This document shows, piece after piece, positions 39,260-51,190 of a stretch of 64,000 bases of DNA (position 1 is the first letter of the stretch; every line of letters starts with the position of its first letter). Position numbers and translations under genes: made by a program. The notes beneath the pieces were generated by a model. That model was not told the origin of the DNA. It did no database searches and saw only the letters and a program-made list of their open reading frames with translations. The stretch comes from Octopus bimaculoides (Eukaryota): assembly GCF_001194135.2 (NCBI RefSeq), contig NC_068981.1:170472923-170536922 (forward strand), read 5' to 3'.

Positions 39260-40135
39260 NNNNNNNNNNNNNNNNNNNNNNNNNNNNNNNNNNNNNNNNN
39301 NNNNNNNNNNNNNNNNNNNNNNNNNNNNNNNNNNNNNNNNNNNNNNNNNNNNNNNNNNNNNNNNNNNNNNNNNNNNNNNNNNNNNNNNNNNNNNNNNNNN
39401 NNNNNNNNNNNNNNNNNNNNNNNNNNNNNNNNNNNNNNNNNNNNNNNNNNNNNNNNNNNNNNNNNNNNNNNNNNNNNNNNNNNNNNNNNNNNNNNNNNNN
39501 NNNNNNNNNNNNNNNNNNNNNNNNNNNNNNNNNNNNNNNNNNNNNNNNNNNNNNNNNNNNNNNNNNNNNNNNNNNNNNNNNNNNNNNNNNNNNNNNNNNN
39601 NNNNNNNNNNNNNNNNNNNNNNNNNNNNNNNNNNNNNNNNNNNNNNNNNNNNNNNNNNNNNNNNNNNNNNNNNNNNNNNNNNNNNNNNNNNNNNNNNNNN
39701 NNNNNNNNNNNNNNNNNNNNNNNNNNNNNNNNNNNNNNNNNNNNNNNNNNNNNNNNNNNNNNNNNNNNNNNNNNNNNNNNNNNNNNNNNNNNNNNNNNNN
39801 NNNNNNNNNNNNNNNNNNNNNNNNNNNNNNNNNNNNNNNNNNNNNNNNNNNNNNNNNNNNNNNNNNNNNNNNNNNNNNNNNNNNNNNNNNNNNNNNNNNN
39901 NNNNNNNNNNNNNNNNNNNNNNNNNNNNNNNNNNNNNNNNNNNNNNNNNNNNNNNNNNNNNNNNNNNNNNNNNNNNNNNNNNNNNNNNNNNNNNNNNNNN
40001 NNNNNNNNNNNNNNNNNNNNNNNNNNNNNNNNNNNNNNNNNNNNNNNNNNNNNNNNNNNNNNNNNNNNNNNNNNNNNNNNNNNNNNNNNNNNNNNNNNNN
40101 NNNNNNNNNNNNNNNNNNNNNNNNNNNNNNNNNNN

Positions 40136-40660
40136 ACCCACACCCCATCCTTGCTTTCCCCACTCTCACCTTCACCCACCCACCTCCCAACACCATACAC
40201 CACTACACCATGCACCACCATACCACACAACACCACATCACATCACATCACACCACCTCGCAAACACTAGCGCTGATCACTTCACAGCCCCACATCCTCA
40301 CACACACATACACACACGCACACGTCAAGGTCACCAGCCATCTTCCACACGCACATACTTACTGTCTTATACACATGCACGCGCACCTTCGCTTTGGGAT
40401 CACCACTACTTTATGATCTTCCCTTCTTCCTAGCTCTCGTTTGCGACCCTTCTGTCAAGCATTCGCCATGATATATCGTTAGGCATTACGAATTCTTTAT
40501 TTTCTCTCCTTCTTTCTTTCTGCGTTCCTTTCTGTGGAAGATCGTAGGCTCGAAACGTTAAAGGCTTTTTCACATCCCGAGCATTAAACTAATACGTTTG
40601 TTTGTTGTCTACATCACCTTTCTTTGGCTTTTGTTTTTTTTTTGTGAATCCTCACCTTAT
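40136..40660 (+). mobile_element. Probable 3' UTR / pseudo-LTR of the same Penelope-like element
   Basis: C/A-rich then pyrimidine-rich tail on the far side of the gap, containing a hammerhead-like motif. Confidence 0.6.
40527..40564 (+). ncRNA. Minimal type I hammerhead-like motif (variant core)
   Basis: CCTTT-CTGTGGA-A-GATC-GTAG-GCTC-GAAAC-GTT-AAAGG: 5 bp helix I, short helix II with one mismatch, loop-less palindromic helix III (ACGT). Core position A6 is T. Confidence 0.55.
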
Positions 40661-40679
40661 AGATATATATATATAATTG

Positions 40680-41001
40680 AAGGCGCATGGATCAGTGGTT
40701 AGAGAGTCGAGCTCACGATCGTGAGATTGTGAGTTCGAATGCGTGTTGTGTTCTTGAGCAAGACACTTTATTTCACGTTGCTCCACTCCACTCAGCTGTA
40801 GAAATGAGTTGCAACGTCACATGTACTAAGCTGTATCGGTTCCTTTGCCTTTCTCTTGGATAACAATGGTGGCGTGGAGAGGGACGGGCGGTTGCATGGG
40901 CGACTGCTGGTCTTCCATAAACAACCTTGCCCAGACTTGTGGCTAGGAAGCTAAATTTCTAAGTGCAATCCCATGCTCAGTCATGACCGAAGGGGATCTC
41001 A

Positions 41002-41002
<1 letters not shown>
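40680..41002 (+). mobile_element. tRNA-derived SINE, family B head and core with a different 3' half
   Basis: GGCGCATGGATCAGTGGTTAGAG...GAGTTCGAAT..GTTGTGTTCTTGAGCAAGACACTTTATTTCACGTTGCTCC, then sequence unlike the 1425 and 61439 copies. Confidence 0.8.
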
Positions 41003-41032
<30 letters not shown>

Positions 41033-42616
41033 NNNNNNNNNNNNNNNNNNNNNNNNNNNNNNNNNNNNNNNNNNNNNNNNNNNNNNNNNNNNNNNNNNNN
41101 NNNNNNNNNNNNNNNNNNNNNNNNNNNNNNNNNNNNNNNNNNNNNNNNNNNNNNNNNNNNNNNNNNNNNNNNNNNNNNNNNNNNNNNNNNNNNNNNNNNN
41201 NNNNNNNNNNNNNNNNNNNNNNNNNNNNNNNNNNNNNNNNNNNNNNNNNNNNNNNNNNNNNNNNNNNNNNNNNNNNNNNNNNNNNNNNNNNNNNNNNNNN
41301 NNNNNNNNNNNNNNNNNNNNNNNNNNNNNNNNNNNNNNNNNNNNNNNNNNNNNNNNNNNNNNNNNNNNNNNNNNNNNNNNNNNNNNNNNNNNNNNNNNNN
41401 NNNNNNNNNNNNNNNNNNNNNNNNNNNNNNNNNNNNNNNNNNNNNNNNNNNNNNNTATATATATATATATATATTACCAAGGATCATGAGATTATATTGA
41501 ACAGATCTGTTAACATTCAATATGATCTCTGAACGTCTGATGTTAGTAACGATGGCTAGCGCACGAAGCTTCTCGCGGCTATCTTGACCAAAACGTTTCT
41601 TTATTAATGTTTACCTTAAGATCAAGAAATTTTTCTTGTGTACTCGGTAAGATGGAAAAATGTCTGCATTAATACAGCAACTCAGTCGTTGATGGACATC
41701 TACATCTGTTGACTAAACGTCATTAAGCAAATGACTTCAGTTATTGGAACAGGCAATACTGAAATATTATGGAAGTGATATGAGCAAGCTCGCAAGTATA
41801 CGTCATCAAGAACAACTGCTTAAAATGGATTTTAGAATTCACTAAATGTCCTGTAGGGAAATGTGGAAACCCTGTGTAGGTACTTCCAAAATCAACCAAC
41901 TATTTTCATATTATCGTCAACCACGTCTATTTCCGACTATAAAAAATATATAGAGACAGCGTCTCAGGAATCCATGCATCACTTGCGACAGACTTGGTGT
42001 CCTTGTGATTAGACACAGATGCTAGATTTCAGAGAGGTCGCAGAAAATAGATATTTACTAGCAAGTTTTTTTTTAGTCATCTAATAAAAATATCATATTT
42101 CAAAGTTTTCATCGACACAATTCTGATTTATAGTTTCAAAGCCTGAAAAATAACAAACATTAATGGAAGGTAGAAATACTCTTCCGTTTACCATTTGCAT
42201 TTAAGAAAAAAAAAATAATAATAATTACGGCAAATTACAAAAACATGCTACACTAGCTGATATCATTTTAGGTTTAAAAGCATTAATTCTGAATACACAG
42301 GATATCCGAAGATCTAATGTAACATGTGCAATTCCCTTGAATAAGAAAAATAAGACTACAAAGTCTTATCGAGCTGGAGCAGTTTTGCATAAATCACACG
42401 TACATTCCCCAAGTTAAAAGGAGGATTTAGCTAAACACAATATTAGATATCCTGAAGTTGCTGAACTTGTCAATCGACAGGTACCAATGTCGAAAAAGAA
42501 CATTGGGCAGTATTCAGAGCCAAATAGTGGAATAAATTATGAAATTGTAATCGAAACTGAAGGAGGAAGAATGGTAAAAAATAGAGAAGAAAGACAAGAA
42601 AGGTGAGAAGTTAAAC

Positions 42617-42702
42617 GAAGAAGAAGAAGAAGAAGAAGAAGAAGAAGAAGAAGAAGAAGAAGAAGAAGAAGAAGAAGAAGAAGAAGAAGAAGAAGAAGAA
42701 GA
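42617..42702. repeat. (GAA)n trinucleotide microsatellite
   Basis: Directly visible; source of the poly-Leu pseudo-ORF. Confidence 0.97.
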
Positions 42703-44799
42703 TGTATTTTGACATGTATATGCACTATATTTTTTCGTTTTATGTTCCTTACTATATCAGTTGTTCCTTATTCTTTTCAGAATACAGTATATATAAGAAG
42801 TTGACCTATATAAGTCAGTGTAGCTGTTGGTCTTCTTGTTATTCAGATTGCTGTACTTCCTCCTTTCTTTCCTTGCTCTTTCTGAGCTATTGTGTCTTTC
42901 ACGTTAATGTTCATACAAGTTGTGTATATTCACCCAACTCGCTGTCTAGAACTAAGAAATCTATGCATGTTACATCTTTTGTGTTTATGTATTGTCTCGT
43001 TTTTGTTGTGTGCTTTTTTAACGAATAATAATAGTATACTCTTACAGTTGTACATGTGTCCCTGTGTTGTCTGAGGTGTTTTGTTTTCCATGTACTTACA
43101 TTGCTTTTGAAGATTTTTGCTACGGCATGGAAAAAAAAAATAAACGTGCTTTCATATAGAAGACATCTTTATTTTTAGTAAACGTAATTGTTTCTTTGTA
43201 ATGTTAGTTGGAATATATGAACTAGTGAACTGTCTTACGCACTTTTGAAAATTATAGGTGCTTATTGTTGAGAGGTTGTAACACATGTAGAATGGTATGG
43301 GTCATGATATTGCTTGTACACCGTTGTTTCTCTTTCGGTTTGCTGGATATGGTAAACTTTCGATTGCTCTAAATATGCTTATGTAGATTTTCGCTTTCAT
43401 CACTATCTTTTTACCTTTTGTGAATACCATATGTAACACATCGAAATGTTCTTTGCATGTGGAGTATGTTAATATCGTTGAGTATAACTGATGGTATTTC
43501 TTGTAATAACACAGTAAATAAATTCGATAGATGTAGCTTGAAATATGTTGTGGAGTGAGGTTACTAGAGACATATGCTGTGTTTGTGTACATATGTAGTA
43601 ATGTGCAATAAATTATAAGAGAATATATGATGTTACATCTGCATTGCCTGGTCAGAGAATATCATGTAGATATAGGTAAAAAAAAAAATGTAGGAAAATA
43701 TATGTCTTACCATTAAAGAAAATCCCAAATGCTATTGATGTTGCCTTTGTACAATTTGTGGGCTTGCCCACCAGAGTTTGTGTTAAATTTATGAGGTGTT
43801 GTTGCGTATTTCATAGACAATTTATTTTATGGCAATTTCTATCTCTATCTTTGATTCTTGGACAGACTCATTTTTTAAAAAGTACCAATCAAATATTTAT
43901 GCTGATGGCATTTCAGACCTTGCGCCTAGGCTAGCAAAAATAGCAATATCAGAGCGATTGATTGGATAACTTGTCAGATCGTCGGAAAAATACTTTGTAG
44001 TATTAGTTGTAGCTATTTATGCATTGAGTTCAAATCCTGCCGAGGCCATCCCCACTAAACTACTGATCATGCCTGTATGAAAGAATGAAATATTTTAAAC
44101 TTTAATATGTTAATGAAAACATAGACAACACAAAGGAACTCAACAAGACTAAAACCCTGTACCATGCAAAATACTCCTACTTTCGCAATATATGAATCAC
44201 TAAAAGATCTCCTTTTAAATCACGTCAGTGATTTATGAACTTAAATAATGTAAAAAGAAAACAAAAAACATGCATTTGAATTCTTAATGTATTTTGGTGT
44301 CTCATGCTTATGAATTAGATTTTCTCTTGCAATTTTTCGTTTCAATTTATAATGAAATAAATGTAACAATCAATAATATACGGAGACAGACTCAGTCCCC
44401 TATATTTGTAGGACTGGCGATGTGCCTAGTGTAAAGATATCTGAACTGTCAATTCCATAGTTAACATCATAATAAATACCACTAGTTATGATGTCGTAAC
44501 TCTACATAGAAGCATTTCTCGGGAGAGTATTAAGTGCATTTTGATCAAATTTGCCAACATCTTATTGATGTTCCATTTTTATATGAATCATGCTGCAGAT
44601 CTGACGTCAAACCTTTATTAAAGATCTCTACGCGAATGTACTTTATTTTATATGTTATTTTAACCTTCTTACATGACGTTCACGAAAGAACGCATGAGGA
44701 CATTTCTTTTCTTTTTAGCATGCCAAAGTAGGCGGAATATAGAAAAACACACACATAAGTACGTGCATATATACGTGCACATACACCCATATATGTATA

Positions 44800-44856
<57 letters not shown>

Positions 44857-45432
44857 CGCATTTTTTGGAGGCATTTCAATTAAGTTTATACCGATTTCAG
44901 ATTCATTGACAACGCGCATACAACAAAAGCGTCGTGCATGTAAGAAGAAAATAAAAAAGTATATATTCTTACGTTGGCACAACATCACACATATCTTCGT
45001 AGGGGCTTAGATCGTGCTGTATATAGAATTTTCTATTCGTTCTTAAGCATTGTCACTAAAATATTCATAACAGGCAAAAGGACAATCTTATTTGAGAACT
45101 TGTATATTGTTTGGTAATAGTAAGAAAATAATTGTTTCGAAACAAATTGTATTGATTGATATAACATTTCTATGTTATAGTTGGTGTTGATTGATGGTTT
45201 CGTTCTCATTGATGTTTACTACTAGACTTGTCTGCTACTTCCAAATAAGACGGCTTTATCGTGAGTTATTCAAGTTTTCTTTCCTATGCTCACACATGCA
45301 CACAACACATATAGATGCATTTGTAAGCATATATATATGTATATGCGTCTATCCCCCCCCTCTCTCTCTCTCTCTGTATATATATATATGCGTGTATACA
45401 CATATGTGTGTGTGTCTGTTTGTGTGTATGTA

Positions 45433-45515
45433 TGGTAAAACGTTTGCTTCCCAACATCATGGTGCTGAGTTCAGCCCCACTGCGTAGCACGTTGGGCAAG
45501 TTTATTCTTATATAG
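45433..45515 (+). mobile_element. SINE family A head fragment
   Basis: GGTAAAACGTTTGCTTCCCAAC..CATGGTGCTGAGTTCAGCCCCACTGCGTAGCACGTTGGGCAAGT. Confidence 0.75.
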
Positions 45516-45534
45516 TCTGGTTTCTTCTTATATA

Positions 45535-46800
45535 GGAGATGGTTAAAATAGTGGTAAATAGTTGAGCTCTAAATAAGGATGTATTGTGGAACTGGAGGAT
45601 ATAGGAAATATAGAGGGGAATAAGTTGAAATAAAATATAAAAAATTGTAGTTGAATTTCCATTATTCGACTAACGTGGTGTATAGAAGTGGTAAAACAGT
45701 TTCCTGTACATGTTATATAAGTTCCTATAGTAGTTTATGTTTAGTAATTTCAACGAATGGAACCGTGGATTCTGTGTTGCCCATTCGAAGGGTTTTTTTG
45801 GTGTGAATGAAAATTTGAGAATGTATCAGTAGTATTTGTTGATATAGGAGGGAGAGATGTGTATGATTACAACGAGGACATAGGTCAAAATGAAGACAGG
45901 AAGAGAAAATGAGAGGAAAAAAGAGAGAAAAAGAAAAAGGAAAATTGAAAATAATAATAAAAAGAAAGAGAAAATAAAAGAGAGCGAAAAGTGAAAAGAG
46001 TGAATAAAGAAGGAAAGAAAAGGGAAGAAAGGGTGAAAGAATTGAGAAAAGAAGTGTAGTTGGTGGTCATGGTCAAGAGAATGTGGGTGTGGGGGGTGGG
46101 GGTGGGAGAGAATTGGGGAAGGGCTGGATAGGAAAAGATGAGAAGGTAAGGAGTGAATAAGTGAGATATGTAAGGAGAGGTGATATGATAGGGCTATATT
46201 AAGGGATGGGTAGAGAAAAAGTAAGAGCGGGTTGATACCAAAGTGAGTAGTAGTTTTAGTAGTATAATTTAAAGGGGAGGAAAGAATACAAAGATGTCTC
46301 TTGCTTTCATTTTCTCATCTTGTCTTCATTTAGACCAATATTCTCATTCTAACCATAGACCTCTCCCCGCCCCATCTATCCACAAATACTACCAATACAT
46401 TCTCAAATTTTCATTCACACTAAAAGACTCCTTCGAACTAGCAACACAGAATCCACGGCTCCATACTTTGAAATGACAAAACATGAACTACTATTGGAAC
46501 TTACATACCATGTACAGGAAAAATTTTTACCACTTATTTACACCACATTACTCGAATAATGCAAATTCAATTACATTGTTTTATATTTTATTTTTACATA
46601 TTCCCTTCTATATTCGATATATCCTCCGTTTCCACAATACTTCCTTATTTCGAACTCAAACATTTAACTCTATTTAACCATCTCCCATCGTCACCGATGA
46701 AGGGATATGCATATTATCCCAGAAATAGCAGTAAGACTATATCTATATCTGTTCTTATAAATGTCCCCAGAACTCCTCACAGCCTTGGCTTTGTTATCTC
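45535..46800. mobile_element. Large diverged inverted repeat (~380 bp arms) of a hammerhead-bearing, probably PLE-derived family
   Basis: 45535-45913 is the reverse complement of 46305-46686 (e.g. GTGGATTCTGTGTTGC and GTGTGAATGAAAATTTGAGAATGTAT). The right arm continues into the hammerhead and the tail shared with 63450-63550. Confidence 0.8.
46690..46737 (+). ncRNA. Hammerhead ribozyme motif, mutated copy
   Basis: GTCA-CCGATGA-A-GGGATA-TGCATAT-TATCCC-A-GAAAT-AGCA-GTA-AGAC; same family as 63451-63498, with substitutions in the core and helix III. Confidence 0.65.
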
Positions 46801-47201
46801 TTTATATATATATATATATATATATATNNNNNNNNNNNNNNNNNNNNNNNNNNNNNNNNNNNNNNNNNNNNNNNNNNNNNNNNNNNNNNNNNNNNNNNNN
46901 NNNNNNNNNNNNNNNNNNNNNNNNNNNNNNNNNNNNNNNNNNNNNNNNNNNNNNNNNNNNNNNNNNNNNNNNNNNNNNNNNNNNNNNNNNNNNNNNNNNN
47001 NNNNNNNNNNNNNNNNNNNNNNNNNNNNNNNNNNNNNNNNNNNNNNNNNNNNNNNNNNNNNNNNNNNNNNNNNNNNNNNNNNNNNNNNNNNNNNNNNNNN
47101 NNNNNNNNNNNNNNNNNNNNNNNNNNNNNNNNNNNNNNNNNNNNNNNNNNNNNNNNNNNNNNNATATATATATATATATTTATATATATATATATATATG
47201 C

Positions 47202-47245
<44 letters not shown>

Positions 47246-48024
47246 GTATATATATACATATATATATATGTATATATATACATATATATATATATGTATA
47301 TATAACACACAAACACACATATATACATATATATATATACATATATGTGTGTATAAGATACGTGAAAGATCTGGAGTTGAATTCGTAAGAGAATGCCCTT
47401 TGTTATTTTTAATCTATATGTGTGTGCATGTATATATTTATGCAAATGTAAGTAAATGTGTGCGATAAATTTTTGGAGGCTTTATTATGGTGACATAAAA
47501 TAAGAAGTTAAAAAAAGAAACAGGCAGAAAAATTCGGGAAGGAAGAAAGGAACGCTAAGAGAAAGAAAACAGAATGAAAAGTGAAAGGAAGAGAAAAAAA
47601 TGGACGCAACAAAGAAATTGGCATTTTTCTGAATTGGTTGGAAGTATTCCATTTTTATGGTCATTGGTCATGCTACCCAGCAGTAAAAGAGGGTCTTTTT
47701 TCCTTGAATGGTTGAAGCTGATGACAATTCAATACGTCAGCTTTCCTTTCGTCATTGTTTTCTCAGTTGTCATGTTATCCAGCGGTGGAAAATATATTCT
47801 AATCAAAATTGGTTTAGAAGATTATTAAATGTGTGTTTGGGTGTGTGTGTGTACGTGTGTTACCTGAGAAACATTAGTGAGAACATTTTAATAACGATTT
47901 CTTGTGTTCATATGTATGCATACACACACTTACACAGATATNNNNNNNNNNNNNNNNNNNNNNNNNNNNNNTATATATATATATATATATATACAGAGAG
48001 AGAGAGAGTCGTGGAGGAGAGAGT

Positions 48025-48385
48025 GCGTTTATTTTAGGTTAGGGTTTTTTACATTGCTTTCTAGTACTTTGGGTCATACTTCTGACATTTGTAGAAGGGA
48101 AATATCTTGAAACTGCTGTCTCCACATATTTCTATATACTTACTGAGCAGACTCTTGCATAATCATTTTTATGTGATATGTTGTCAGTGGATTCTTGCAC
48201 GTTGGCAGAGTTAATTGTTGCTTTGACTAATATATTTTATTTTGCAGATGGTGTAGTCTATGCAGTATATGAGATTACCTGGGTTGTAGTCCATATCTGC
48301 ATTGACTTGGAAGGAGAATACATTTGTAAGTTTTTATTTGACCCAGTATCCAGTTGTTGTTCATGTAACATTTTCCACATCTGAT
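48025..48385 (-). mobile_element. Penelope-like GIY-YIG endonuclease remnant
   Basis: Frameshifted minus-strand translation CGKCY...NLIYCID..ICKIKYISQ.NN*LCQRARIH..HI...SKYIEICG..SFKIFPFYKC...P.IN matches the PLE GIY-YIG layout. Confidence 0.75.
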
Positions 48386-49111
48386 ATTTCGTTAGTCCTT
48401 CACCAAGAATTGTGAATTATCGTCTGAAGTTAAATGTATTGTCGGAGGTGAAAACAAATATCTTTGGAACCTTAAAACAGTATGACTTTATTATAGGAAG
48501 CCATTTAACTGTACTTGCCACCCACTGCTGCTCAAGTATCGCAATTTGGCAAAAGTGCCAGCTACCTTAATTGCTGCCATTGAGAGGCTCACAGAGATCT
48601 GGGCCATAATCGTAACGCATAGAAGAGAGAGTCGAACGATCATCTCCAATGCTGTAGATATTTTACAGAGAATATTGTCATGAATTTTGTTCACTTTGGT
48701 GTTAAACAAATATCCTTTCTACTACTAAAATCAATGCTTAGATCTGCGATTGCTAGAGATATTAATGTAACTAATAATTTCTTTGTGGATGTCCTCAAGA
48801 TATATGCTAAAATGTTAACAATGCAGAAGAGAAAAAAGAAAAAACAGATGGAAATAATAACAACAATTGCAACGTACGTAGGAATGGAATTTAGCCAAAA
48901 TATATGTTCGTATTTGCTTTTTCGAGGGGAATAATCAGTCTCCAAATCCAACACTTATGCATTAATGCTCTCAAAAAGAGTCCTTAGACATTGATGAAAA
49001 CATATACGAATGTGTTGTGTATAAAGATAAACAGACTCGAGACTATTTTACCACACTTAAGAAAATATTACAGTCGAAAATCTCTTCGTACCACAAGACC
49101 ATGCATTTAAA

Positions 49112-49153
49112 GTGCCAGTGCTGATTCCAACATAATGGAATCAGCACTGGCAC
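49112..49153. other. Perfect 18 bp hairpin
   Basis: GTGCCAGTGCTGATTCCA-ACATAA-TGGAATCAGCACTGGCAC. Confidence 0.9.
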
Positions 49154-49384
49154 ATAAGTGAAGAAAACAATATCCTACGTGTCGGAAGCGAGCTCCTCAG
49201 GAAACGCTCTCTTTCTGATGACCTCCCAACTCAGCCGGACTAGCATACCTCAAAGATGACCTAAAGGTGAAACGTTCAGGACACAAAAAGACCATGTATG
49301 GGCATGTTTCCCGAACACTTGAAGAAGAGAGTAACAGTGACATGACCGCTACATCTCATCACACTTTGAAGGCAATGCATTTGT

Positions 49385-50010
49385 AATCCAAGAACATGAG
49401 ATTGCTACTAAATACCAAATAAACTAAAGAGTCAGCGAAGCCCTTGGAATTCCAAGAAGCAACCAAAAATGTAGGTTGAGTCATATTTCTAACCACATAT
49501 ATGGTAAGCAGCTGCTCAAAAATAATAAAACGTTGTCGCAAAAACTAAATGCGAGCACAATGTCCAGGAATAAATATAGAGAATCCCCGTTATTGAATAC
49601 GTACAGAAATATCAGCACAAGGAATACTGGTGGAACGTTGCCATCAAACTATCTGTCAAGTGTAAGCATAGCAGGCCGGATATGTTTTGGGACAGACAAG
49701 AAGAAAGATGCATCGCCATAGAAATCAAGTGTTCTGATGTGAGTGTCTCTTTGAAAATCAAAGACAAAAGAGGAAAATATGAACAACTGCTTTGAAACCT
49801 CCAGCTTCTACATCCGGATTACAAATTTGCATTTATACGAATAATAATTAGTGCGCTTGATTTCGTAAGTAAATGCACTACTGTCAGTGATGATAAGCTT
49901 GGATTTTCAGGAAAAGAAGTCAACTAAGTGACTCGCACATTATAAATATAATCTGTAAATGGAAAACTAAAACTATGCAAGACGTTTTTCAGCTTTAGCA
50001 TGTGACATTG
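49385..50010 (+). mobile_element. Non-LTR retrotransposon with restriction-like endonuclease (R4/NeSL-type), decayed 3' fragment
   Basis: QEHEIATKY, degenerate CCHC (CRL...MVSSCSK), EYWWNVAIK...KHSRPD.FWD...CIAIEI, K..KYEQLL*NLQLLHPDYKF.F..III.AL and CKTF end. Confidence 0.8.
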
Positions 50011-50364
50011 TTTTCGTTACCTGCATTCTTGTGTTGGAGCTTTGTGTTATTGTTATAAACTAGCCCCTTCTTCAAAGGAAGAATTAAAATAATCAAAAAC
50101 AAAAAAGAACCTACAAACATGGTGGCTGACTACTCCTTATGCAGAGATTGACAAATTCCTGTACCTACACCTTAGAACCATCATAGCATCTAACATGGCT
50201 TTTTAAGCCAGACCATTCTTTGAAAAGACACCCACTTAGATTGCATATCCGATTTGGACCACCAATAGCTGCAAATGAGTGACCTCCGTTAGATTTGCAT
50301 ACATTCTAGCATACTTTGCATTGAAAGGTGTGCACAGACATATAGGCTGAATAGTTTGTGGATG

Positions 50365-51190
50365 TTCGTTTTCCATGAGTTCACAAATGAGGTTTGAGCC
50401 CAGCAAAAGAAAGGCATGGTCTGTCACAAACTGTGCACACAAAAAGGTCATTGTGATTCACATTCTCGATCGTAGCATTCTTCCTTAAATCTCTCTTGAG
50501 TCTTGTATGCGTTATCCTAGCCTCTTCAAACGCTTTTACTCCACTCGCCCCACAATTCTGTTCGCCATCCAGCTCGATCAGAAGCAAGTGTTTCTATGTC
50601 GGCTGGATCCATTCCAAGTGACTTTATTGTAGTCTTTATGCCGTCCTTGGACCATTTTTAGGTTAACGCCCATAGCGCTCCCCCTCTGCAGGTTCACCAT
50701 AAAACAGTTGTTTGAGCGTGCGTTCATCCGCCATTCGAACAGTATGGCCACACTATCTCATTTGGTTTCTCAAAATCATAGCTTTAATTGAGGTGATGCC
50801 TGCAGATGCAAGGAAATCTGTATTTGGAGTAAAATAACTCTATCTAATGTTCAAAATGCGATGAAGGCATTTTTGGTGGAATTGTTCTAACAATTTAAAA
50901 TGTCTTTCGTAACATGTCCATGTTTCACAAGACTACAACAGAGATGGTAAGACAAATGATTTGAAGAAAGTCAACTTTGTATTGTCATTTATATGTCGCT
51001 GGCGCCAAACGCGAGACTCCAACCCACCAAATGCTTGTGCTGCCGTTTGAATTCGCAGATGTATTTCTGTATCCCGATTTCCATCATTTTGTCCAGAGCT
51101 TCCAAGGTAGATGAACGAATAAAGAGCCTCAAGTAACTTAACGTTAAGAAAAAATTTAGTAGGGTTACAAAACAGCACCACTAGCTCCAT
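50365..51190 (-). mobile_element. RTE-clade (BovB-like) LINE 3' fragment
   Basis: FIYLGS...EIHLRIQTAAQAFGGLESRVWRQRHI..TKL.FFKSFVLPSLL, then KQLFYGE, ending in the C2H2-like CTVCDRPCLSFAGLKPHL. Confidence 0.9.

Noticed and set aside
42300-42606. Protein-like reading EDLAKHNIRYPEVAELVNRQ...
   Set aside because: Preceded by an in-frame stop, with no acceptor site and no recognisable family.
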